NCBI GenBank assembly: GCA_000310025.1
Contig: FN649726.1
Coordinates: forward strand, 2,979,634 to 3,043,633
Length of the DNA: 64,000 nucleotides
Origin: Ectocarpus siliculosus
Lineage: Eukaryota
Reading direction: 5' to 3'
Shown: positions 51,101-61,502 of the stretch, in pieces
Layout of the letters: every line of letters begins with the position of its first letter
Numbering within the stretch: position 1 is the stretch's first letter
The notes under the pieces: generated by a model
What the model saw: the letters and a program-made list of their open reading frames with translations, nothing else
Database searches by the model: none
What the model was told of the DNA's origin: nothing
Made by a program: the position numbers and the translations under genes

Positions 51101-51862
51101 CCCCCGGTTCCACACAACGTGGACGATCTTGTCGCCCAGCAATCGATCCAGCATAGCTCGGCTAAACAGAGTCAAGCAGCAGCAGTAGCAGTAGCAGCAG
51201 CGGTAGCGGTGCCAACTCGCTGCGGGGAGCGTTGCTAGGCCGCAAGGGGACCGACTCCGACGGCGGCGGGCGCAATTTCAAGGTCTCGCCGCAGCAACAA
51301 CAGCAGCACGACTCAATGATGTGTATATCCTCGTGGGCGCTGCGCAATTCCCACGCCGTACCCGTCGCATTCGACCCGCACCCCGCGAAAACACCACGCT
51401 GCTGCTGCGCGGCGAGCGAGGTTCAATTCCAGTACGTGGGGCCACCTCTCTCTGCGAGAGGCTCCCAAAAGTCGGCCACATGTTCGAGATTCAATTTCGC
51501 CTGTCTGTGGGCTGTGGGCGCAGCAGGTCTACACTACCAACTACAGCGAGCGAGAGCCCGCTTCAAAGCAGGGAGCAATTCACACCGGCATCCGGCATGG
51601 AGATGCACTCGGTGCAAGAGGGCGAGATGCGAAAACGTGGATGCTGTGTTCGTCTAAGAACCACCATGGCCGGCAGCAGCGTCCGACTTTTTGTCAACAA
51701 CTCGGACACACATAGGCTTCGGAAATCTCTTACCCCGAGGATATGCTGCGCAATTCTCCTAGGCGCGCCCGTGTACACCGTTGAGCAACTCTTGCACCTC
51801 CAACGAGGATTCGGTCCACTCCTGAGGACGTCCACAGCACTCCACTCGCCTGATCTGGTCAT
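43432..51862 (-). CDS. BED-type zinc finger fused to Glu-type 6-pyruvoyl-tetrahydropterin synthase (PTPS-III-like T-fold); 3' end uncertain because of gap and low-quality sequence
   Basis: Exons (minus) 51862-51734, 49577-49319, 48361-48120, 47121-47077, 46690-46601, 46146-46102, 45084-44929, 44331-(~43432), all canonical GT-AG with matching phases. PTPS domain: FKFSSSHF...RERLHGHNY...GYVVDFGIVKK...LNERFLCP...DDCPLLPLVHSTAEELSHFL...VSVAELPRQEATY. N-terminus: WSAV...WRCKSCSTVYTGAPRRIAQHILGVGGVGQIRPC. The PTPS call is strong; the fusion is supported by splice phases. Confidence 0.8.
46182..46513 (-). repeat. Two inverted-orientation copies of the (GT)n-linked dispersed repeat
   Basis: The reverse complement of 46330-46513 matches 31351-31439 and extends into GGCCA.GAT..GGGACC.CGTGAGGGGGCG.CATGG, also seen at 35660-35707. 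Second partial copy at 46182-46252. Confidence 0.8.
47229..47470. repeat. Low-complexity ACA(C/T)TAC-type microsatellite-like tract, intronic
   Basis: Degenerate CATTA/CACTA/TACA repeats over ~240 bp. Confidence 0.75.
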
Positions 51863-53670
51863 CGTGCAAGAAGCAGAGGCAATTTGTTGCCAGCATTGGG
51901 TTTGAGCTGAAAGAGCGGGGGTGCGGGGGGGGGCTGACAAAATAGCCAGAGCTACACGCGGGCTAATAACGTTCCCAACAGAAACATGCGCAGCCGAAGA
52001 GGAAAATTCTTAATCTGACACCAGCTCTGCGCCGAGCTCCTAGCAGGCTTCCGTTGTCCGCTTTTCCTCCCTCCTTCGCGGATACAGATCCCTCCCTGGC
52101 TGCAGGAGGGAATCATTTGATGCCGTTGACCGAGCTTGACACGCAGCAGCAGATAATTTAGTCAGAGCCTCGAGAAGACCATAGACTAAACTTCCAGTAA
52201 CTGCACCGCCATAGACCAAGCCTATTGAGCGGAAGATGCGATTCTACGACCCGCTTGCCACGTCCATGCGAACCTGATCAATGGGATTTCCTTATCCCGT
52301 AGACAGAGAGCAGCAAGCGGCCAGCCGTTCACCGTTCACACGACGGCCACGGCGCGCGAGGGTGTACCAACAGCAAAGAGCGACCAGTAATGTGTAATGT
52401 GGCCGTGGTTCACATGTACGGCGCCCCCCTACCCTCTCTGACCATCGCGTAGACCCCACCCACACTGCTGTCTCATTCACAGCACAACCATTGCGGTTTC
52501 GTGCGCTGGAGGCGCTACTGTCGCTGTGTTGTGCGCTACACATCAATAGTTGACCCTGTCAAGGCCCCGGACGAACGAAAGGTAAGTAAATCCTGTTATT
52601 TTCGTGCACAGACTTCGGGTAAAAAACAACCCACCAGGTACATAGAAGTAGATACCTTTGTTTTGTGCACGCCTATGCATACTACTGTAGAAAAAGCTGC
52701 AGCTACAACACTGCTGTGTGCATAAACGGCAGCGAATAAATAGTACCAAGTGGTATTAAATAGACAAACGCAACAATACCTTACCGTAGTCGACACAAGA
52801 TAGCTCACTCCGGGAACAACGTTTTCGCTTTTGAAAAAAATGTCACCCGGTGCGTGCTGTCTTGTGTGGGGGGTGTGCTATCTTGTGTACAGTAGACCCG
52901 GTGATATACTGTAGGGCATGTCGCGGGTGCCAAGAAGCCAAGAAGGGGGTGTGATAACCAAGGGGGTGTGACATCACTACCGCATGCTTGCAGGGATCGA
53001 AGTTGTGTACTTAGGAGTAGAACCTAGGGGGGGTGTTAGCATCGCCTGTAGAGAAATAGAATTACTTGATTTGATACCTTGCCTGTAAGAACTACCGCGC
53101 AATGGTGCCGCACTTACTTGTAGGGCGCGGGGAATTGGTACTGAGGTGATATTGTATGTAGCGCTGATACTTCATGCTGACTCCATCAACAGACAGCCTG
53201 GCGTCTTAACAAACATACCAGTCTGAACGAATGCCACTCCAGTGGTAGGTACTTTTCTCGCGTTTTTGACTTCTTGCTCTCCCAATTTCCCTGCCGTCCA
53301 TGATTTTGTCCGTCTGTCCCCCAGTCTAATGCTCCAGAGCTACGCGTGCATGTCCCATCGTCTCAAAACGCAGCTGCTCTTGGAAACTAGGTACACATTT
53401 TCCTTGGGACTCCACCTGGTTCTCCCTCGGAGCGGTGGTGACTCCCCGCGTCCTCATACACCTACAACCCACCTCGCGCTCCCACCCGCTAGCCCGCCCG
53501 CCCGCTACTTACGACAATCGGGGCAGCAGGGTAGTAGTGGGGGTGTCGAGGGGCAGCCGGGCCCTGCCGGTGACGAAGCCAGCAAGGGAAAACCAGAGGA
53601 TGTCCTCCGCGCTGGGCAACGGCGTGTCCAGCAGCAACGCCCAACAGCAACCTCCCGGGTGGCTTTCACG

Positions 53671-56600
53671 ATGACTTCTACAGCCGCGGCAGGAGCGGCG
53701 GGACGGGTCGACGAGGAAGCCGTAGGTGCGAGGGCGATCAAGACAAGCCCACCACGCCGTGGTGAAAAGAGCAAGACTATGAACGGCAAGAACAGCACCG
53801 GCGCCTTGCTGACCTGCGAGAGCCCGCTGTGCAATAAGACCCCGTCTTTTGCGCACCGGGGTCAGACGCGGCGGCGCTTCTGCAAGCGCCACGCGTGGCC
53901 GGGTATGCAGAACGTGTACTACAAGTACTGCGATGCGGATTCGGGGCGGTGCCCCGAGCGAGCATCGTACGAGTCGGCCGGAAAATTGCGATGCCTGCAG
54001 CACTGCGAGCCCGAGATGCGGCCGAGGAACAACATCTGCCAGGTTGAGGGCGGGGGTTGCGACCGGCAGTCGTCATTCGGGGCGAAGGGCGGGAAGCCTG
54101 TCCTTTGCACGCTGCACAAAGGAGCGGGGATGGTGCAGGTGTGGCTTACAGCAGGATCTTCTGCGTGGTCGGCGTTGCAATTTGCTGCGCGGCGCAGGGC
54201 CAGGTGGCGTTAGAGGCCGGGCTGTGCAGTGTGGCAGTATCGGAGAACATCGGCACGTCTGAGTGTGCTTACCGTGGGGGTAAAGCTGGGACTAGTATTT
54301 ACTCACCAAGAGCTCGTCTTGCCATTGTGGAGCCCCCCCCCCCCCCCCCTTGGGCCCCCCGCTAAGTTCCCCCGTTTTCCCCTTTTATTTTTGCCGAAAC
54401 CACCCCCCCCCGCGTGGAAATTTCCCCCGGCAAAAAAAAACCCAACCTCCCTCTATGCCTTTTTACCCGGGGGGGAATTTTCGGGTTTTCCCAAAAAACC
54501 CCTTTTGTTTTCCCCCGCGGGGAAGGGGAAGGGGGCCCCAAAAACTGCAAGGCCCCCAGGGGGGAAAAAAACCCCAGCTACCGGTTTTCCTGGAAATTAC
54601 CCCAATACTGGCAACCCNNNNNNNNNNNNNNNNNNNNNNNNNNNNNNNNNNNNNNNNNNNNNNNNNNNNNNNNNNNNNNNNNNNNNNNNNNNNNNNNNNN
54701 NNNNNNNNNNNNNNNNNCCGGAAAATTGGGATCCCGGCAGCCCTGGGAGCCCGGGAGGCGGCCGGGGAACAACTTTTCCCAGGTTGGGGGGGGGGGTTGG
54801 GACCGCCCGTTTTCTTTGGGGGGGAAGGGGGGGAACCCTTTCCTTTCCCCGGTGCCCAAAGGGGGGGGGAGGGGGCAGGGGGGGTTTCCACCAGGTTTTT
54901 TTGGGGGGTGGGGGTTGCAATTTTTTGCGGGGGCCAGGCCCAGGGGGCTTTAAAGGCCGGGCTTTCCAGTGGGGCAATTTTGGAGAACTTCGGCCCGTTG
55001 GGGGGTGCTTCCCGGGGGGGTAAAGGGGGGATTAGTTTTTTTTCCCCAAGGGTTTTTTTTGCCATTGGGGGGCCCCCCCCCCCCCCCGCTCGCGCCCCGC
55101 GCTACGTCCCCTCGTTTCACCTTTGTATTTCTGCTGAAGCTACCCGCGCCTGCGTGGAATTTCCACCTGCTAAGACAACACCAATCATCCTTCTATGCAT
55201 TTGTACCGGTGTGCGATTTTGCGGTTCTTCCGATAAATCCCTTTTGCTTTCCCTCGGCGGCGAGGGGCAGGTGCGCACAAAGACGTGCAGGCACCCAGGG
55301 TGCGAGAAGACCCCGAGCTACGGCTTTCCGTGCAAGTCACGCGAGTACTGCAAGCCGCACGCGCTCGAGGGCATGGTCTACAACGCGGGGAGAAGGTGCC
55401 GCTTTCGCGGGTGCGTCGCGCCCGGAGCGTTCAACTACCCCGGGGTCACCCGCGGAGGATCTTTCTGCGATGACCACAAAGAGGTGTGTGCGTTTGTTTC
55501 TTCTTTGTCTGGTGGATGTACGGGCGGAGGAACATAGGATTTATGATACAGCCTCAGCCTCGCCGGTGCCACCAACACGTGCCGATCCCGGTCCAGAGAG
55601 CTCTACCTACCTACCGCGCCTACCAGCTGACCGATAGGTCTTGCAGCGGGGCAAGAAAAGTGGAGCACGAAATCTAGTCAGCGCGCCCCACCGACACGGG
55701 ACTGCGGAGATATATTTAGTGCGTGTATGCGTTCTTGGAGTACCTTCGGCCGCGCGTGATGGCTGACCAATTGAAAAGACGACGGTCTTATTACGGGACA
55801 ACTTGAACACGCCCTCAAGTGTGTGCGTGCGGCTGTGTGTACCTAGTACCCAGCGTGTTTTGTGTTATCTTTTTGTTTTTTTTGCGAGGTTGGCCTTGTG
55901 GAGGTGTACATCAGTTGGGAGTGTGTTCCGATGTACGTGCGCGCGTTTTCGTGCAGCGGCAGCGCGAATCAAATCGCGGTGCAGCACCGAGTAGAGACCA
56001 TTCTTTGGTGATTTCCTTCCTTTGGCACGAGCAGGTGGAGGGGTAACGTCGACATCAGAGGCTCTCGGGGGATACCCTACGAGGACGCCTATTGGGTGTT
56101 AAACGCCCATATTTTTGTCTCGATTCTCGCCGCTTGTACGAGTAACTTCGCGGCTCTTTGCCAGCTGGGTGCTCTCCCCGCCTCTTCCACAGCAACTGTT
56201 GTTGTAATTTCTTTCTGCCCCCCCTCCCGTTGTTGTCGTGATACATAGACACCTTGTTTTTTCTTGTTTGTTCTTTTCTTTGGCAGGAAGGCATGGTGGA
56301 CAACACGCCGACGCAGTGCGAGGCTGAAGGGTGCAGCTACTCGGCCAGCTTCGGCGATATGGGGCAGCGGACGAGACGGTTTTGCGCCAGACACAAACTG
56401 GCGGGGATGCTGAGCTACCAGGAATTGGTGGGTGTGGCGAGAAGGCATTGGCGGGGTGCAATGTGTCTATCAGGGGTAACGGTTTGACCGGGAGGAGTCT
56501 GACAAGACACCGCAGGAGAGGAACGGTCTCAAAGGAAGACAGCAGTCAGCGCCATGCTTTTTGGGATCATCATCCGTCAGTCGTCAGGCTGTCTACGTGC

Positions 56601-57824
56601 AGTCTCTTACGGGTTGGAACTGCGTTGGTATTTTGCGTCGACCGTCATTCCTTTCAACCAAAACAAACCAGAACAAAACCACTTGGCGTTGTTTTTGATG
56701 CCTCTCTTTTTCGCCCTATGTACGTTTGTATATCTCAGTGGGCCACGCAAACTGACGCCTCCAGCCCCCCAAGAACTACCGCCACTTCGGCGGCGGCAAC
56801 GGCAACAGCGGCGGGCATGGTTCATCTGTCGGCGGCGGCACTGGCGACTGCATCGGCAACGTACACCGCGGCCGAGAGAGAAGAAGGGATCGACCCGCTC
56901 GCGGACGGGCTTGGACCAATCGGCGCAGAAAACGGCGCAGCAGAATCTGTCCCGATGACGGTTGGAGAACGAAGCAGAGGGAATCAAGGGGCCGCCACCA
57001 CCGATGATTCCGCAACAACGAGTGCTGATGCTGTTGGCGCTGGCGTTGGCGGTGCTGGTTGTAGTGCTGATTCTGCTGTTGCTAATTTTGGCGCTGTTTC
57101 CGATGCTCCGACGGAAGAGATGTCTGCCGAGGTCGCAACCGCTCGGAGCAGCAGCGCTGCTCAACCAGGGAAGAGACCACGCGAAGACACGGCGCCAGAC
57201 GGCAAGCTGCCGCCGGCACGGGACGAAGGTTATCTATCACGAATTGCGGCATTTGTGCGTCTGCCAGGTGCCAGTTCCGCCGGACTCACCGGCGGCAGTC
57301 GTGTCGTGCCGCCGCCTCCGACAGCACCTGGGTCCCCGGCCACGCCCTCCACCCCTGCGACGGAACTCGCTTTGTTGGCCAAGGCTGCCGCTGCCGCTGC
57401 ACCCACGCTCGGCACACCCGGGTCGTGTCCCAAACAAGGCAACCCTCCCGCCGCTGCTGGTCTGCTTGCGTCGAGAACTCCCGATACCCAAGACCGCGCC
57501 CACAACACGCCGAGGGCCATCGATGCCACTGCAGCCACTGCTGCTGCGGCTGCTGCTGCTGCTGCTGCTGCTGCTACTGCTGCCTATACACCTGTCGAAG
57601 CATCGTCGTCATTACCGCCTTTCTCCCCACCCCCACCGACAACGGGGCTGGATATCGATTTGAGCCGTGGATTGGGGCCGGTTGACGCCGACGAAACGGA
57701 GGAGGAGGCGTTTCTGGCACTCCTTGTCAACTCGATAGACCCCTCTGACCCGAAGACGTTGCGTGTAAGGGGGGCCGTAATGTCGCGGTTGAAGAGCGTA
57801 GGCCGACGAAAGGTTTCGAGCTGA
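53671..57824 (+). CDS. EsV-1-7-type Cys/His-rich repeat protein (~6 repeats) with low-complexity C-terminus
   Basis: Exons 53671-54138, 55271-55483, 56287-56427, 56739-57824, all phase 0. Repeats of the form C-x4-C-x3-(P/A)S(F/Y)-x7-9-(F/Y)C-x2-H-x3-GM (e.g. CESPLCNKTPSF...FCKRHAWPGM; CRHPGCEKTPSY...YCKPHALEGM; CEAEGCSYSASF...FCARHKLAGM). Confidence 0.88.
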
Positions 57825-58836
57825 GGGAACGCGATGGCGCGAGGGTAGCTACGTCTCTGTATGCCTGGCACTTGCGCGCAAGTGACGTATTTCCGGGGCT
57901 GAACGCCTGCCGATTTTGAGCTGTTTGGAATTCCTTTGACTGCCTTGTCTTGCATATGAGGGCATGGCAGCATACTGTAGCATGGAATCGGGAGGAAGGA
58001 GCGAGAGTGCTGCCGCGACGCACACTCGGGATGTGAAGTACTGGACTCGAAAAATGTCGCACCGGATGACGGTGTAACGTACTTGTATTTAGTACGGTTG
58101 AAGAAGGTACGCCAGCTTTTGGGGATTCAATTTTTATACGCACGGGCCTGGCTAGCTTCGAGCAAAGCCAGGGGTGTGCTCTGTGCCACGAGTAGCAAGA
58201 TCAGCGCTCCGAAATTGGTGAATACCGCTTCTAGCAACCCTCTGGTGCGAAGATGGCGTGCGGTCCGCCCCGTGTCAAAGTGAAACGTTGTGTGAATGGC
58301 TTGATTTTGGGTGCAAACTTGGGCACCGCATGAAGCAGCCCCCTCCCAAGCGGAGTCCGGGTAGTGCATCGCGATTAAATCACGAAACGGGCGCAATGAA
58401 TTGAGCTTGTTGCGCAATGAATTGAGCTTGTTTATTGGGTCAGCAGCACACGCTGTTGGATGTCATCATTGTCTATATTGTGCTGTGGAGCTCACACGCA
58501 AGCTACGGCATCGCCGTGGATGCTCTCTCCAGTCTTGGTGCTTCGTGCAGCCGCTGCTGAGCACCAAGGCTCAGGATTTATATCGACAACCAAGTACTGC
58601 TGCGTCAAAGCATCGGACAGGAAGTCTCATTTCACAAACAAAACAAGCACACGCGTACGATGCGAAGCTAAGCTCCCCCAAATATCGCACACAGCAATAT
58701 CGCCCCTTATACAGTAGTGCCGAAGCCTTTTCGCAAACAGATTGACCGAGGGTAGCCACCCAGCTCTGCCATGTCGTCGACCTACCGTACTCTGTGTGCA
58801 TGGACACACAACAACAGAGTCGCCCCTCCTTCCTTC

Positions 58837-60724
58837 TCAATCAACGGCGACAACAGCGGGAGCACCGCAACTGACCTTGTGCTCCCCCTGTCCCCCACGA
58901 AACGAAGCCTCATCACCACCACCGCTGCCAACGGTGCCCCGATCGTTGCCGTACAGGACAAGCGACGTGATTACGTAAGCCCCACGCGTCTGAGGCAGGG
59001 CAAGGAACGCGAGTGCCACCATCTTGAAAGAGTAGAAGTGGGGCAACCACCCCATAGCTGGGTCAAGGATTGCCAGAAAGAGCGCGAACATCGGCCAGTA
59101 GGATAGCCACTGCACGGCTGCAGGCCCTTGCCTTTTTTTCTCGGCTCCTTCGGTACCGCCGCTTCCTTTGGCCACGGCGGCGGCTTCGCTCCGGGCTCGA
59201 CCGACCAACGTCGCGTACAGGGGCCAGCAAGCTCCGGCGAGAACGCAAACCCTTGCCTGGGTCGAGGTCGACAGGCCGGCGTAAAGGCCTTCCACTGTGA
59301 GGACGAAAAAGTAGCAGATCCCCAGAACAACCGTTCCAGCCGTGACGGTGAAAATGATGGCCGCGAGACGGAAAGCTTTCCGTGAAATTCCCTTTTCGGT
59401 CGCCACTTCTTCCCAGGGCCTCAACGCCTTTATGACCATTGCGTCTTTGTGATCGCTGTCGTTGCTGTCGTTAATATCGAAAGCACGGTTGAGAACAGGC
59501 CGACCACCGTACGGGCGCGCGGAAGAGAAAGCCCAGATGAGCACGCAGGCCTTGGTGGAGAAGTAGCAGGGAGTGATCGCCGGCAAGACCCCGTCGAGTA
59601 AAAAAAATAGCCCAAACACAACCTGCGTCAAGAGCATGTACATGAGACATTTGAGAGCGCACGCATAGCAGTAGCGCAGTAGGTCATGGAAGGATGGCAC
59701 GTTAATAGTTGTCTTCTTCCGCATGTATGCCAGCAAATCATGACGGCTCCTAGATATTTTGTCCACGAGCCGTCTCATGGTTCGCTCTGTTTCGAAAAAA
59801 ACGTGTACGCGGAGGGATAACACCTGTGGGTGTACGTCTTGAACCTACTTGACTTCTGGTAGTCGAAGCTCACCGGCTTGCTGGTAGATGGAGTATCAAA
59901 GCCGATCGGCTTGCTTTTCTTTACGAAAACACTCTCTGGGGAGATCTGCCACATGGCTTGGAAGAACGCCGAAAGGGAATGTGGCAGTCTCGACAGCAGC
60001 GGCTACAGCAGTCGTACAAGTATTTCGCTATTATTATTGTTGTTACTCGGCAGTCTGCAGACTCTATGTAGAGGAAGATCGATACGGATGGAGAGCTGTA
60101 GTTTCCTACCTTCTTATTTATTCGTCGACATCAGCATTCCCCCACCCTGTTGCGCTGTGTCAAAGAGTACCAAACGGAGTCAACATACTGTAGTCTAGCC
60201 TACAAGGAGGACTCAGCTCTCCGACTAGACTATGCCACGAGAGAGTTACACCGCCACACGCACAGGACTCCCCGATTGCGAGTAAATACGAAGCACAAGG
60301 GTTAGCTACCTCTTCCTCCAGAAACCTTCGTTACAAGCAAGTTCGAATGGACATTGACCCTGCTCACCCAGTATCCAGTGAAGAGCGGCTTGTTGTCGGC
60401 CTTTGTATCGATTTCACCGATATTTGACAGGGCGGGCAGAAGAAACCCCCCAAAATTTACCAGAACTCCTCGACCCTTCGTTGGGAGGGCAGCCACAAGT
60501 CCGAGCGCAGCAAAGGCCGTCATGGCCATGGCACCGAGGATGACGTAAGGTGCCCCCACATGATCACTGCTGCGGGTGATGCTCTTATATTTTTCGGTAC
60601 ACCACGCAAGCAGCTCCGATCCCAACGAGTGAATGCGCTCCGTGCTCCAGCTTTCATCCTCCCAGGGTTCGCTAGGAGGACGAGGCCGGGGTGGGGGGGG
60701 GGGGCGAGGAGGAAAAGAGGCCAT
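58837..60724 (-). CDS. Membrane protein with two tandem TB2/DP1/HVA22 (REEP/Yop1-like) domains
   Basis: Exons (minus) 60724-60368 and 59622-58837 (phase 0, GT-AG). Domain 1: LVNFGGFLLPA...FTGYWVVFGLFFLLD...PCYFSTKACVLIW. Domain 2: LAGACWPLYATL...VQWLSYWPMFALF...WLPHFYSFKMVALAFLALPQTRGA. Confidence 0.8.
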
Positions 60725-61502
60725 GGGTACGTCAGGAGGCAGTAGCGCCACCAAAAGAGCCGCCAGATGCAATTGTCAAAAGATACCACAAGGATCCGCG
60801 GGGTTGTGTGGGCCCGTGTGTGCAGCTGCACGTGTGCGGTGGAACGTGAGCGTTGGAACGTGAGGGGCGGCCTAAACAGTGCCGGTTCGTGCAAAACCGA
60901 TCGCTCACGTGAGTCATCATTCGCTCACTCGCCTCTGCCTCTCGCTCTGTCGCATGTGGAGCTGCACGCATTCAAATATTGTAACCTCACGGCCTGGACA
61001 AGCCCCCGATTGACCGAGTGCAGGGCGCCGAAAGCTCCCCCGCTGTGAACAGCGCCAGTATCCATCCACACGTATCCTGACCAGCGCGTATTTCGCGCAC
61101 CATCCTCGTCGGCAAGGCAGAGGAGTCGCACAATACCAACGGCTCAAAGTTTTGCTACATCTTGCGGAATATCCCGTGCACTCATGGAGGATAAGTTGAT
61201 AGGATCGAAAGGTACCCATCCGACCGGTACGTCGTCAACTCGAAGATCGTCCTTCATCGATATGTGCCAAGATGCGAGTCGGCGAATCGAGTCGCAAAAA
61301 AACGAAGGCAAAAGAAGGTGTGAGAGATACTGCGCAGCAGGTGGTCGTGGGCGGCTGGTACGTGGTGGTACGTGGTGAACAAAGGGTAATCATAGTAATC
61401 ATCACTCACATCAAGAATGGAGAGCCGGGTACGCATACCTACCAGGCACAGCACCCTTGTAGAGGTCTGCACGTGACACAGGCTGGTTGCGAACAAGGAG
61501 TC

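Noticed and set aside
51405..51446. GGTTCAATTCC tRNA T-loop/B-box-like motif
   Set aside because: The flanks do not form a T stem or cloverleaf, and no A box is evident.
58392..58432. 21-bp direct duplication (similar ones at ~4803-4843 and ~18165-18240)
   Set aside because: Simple local slippage duplications with no element between the copies.
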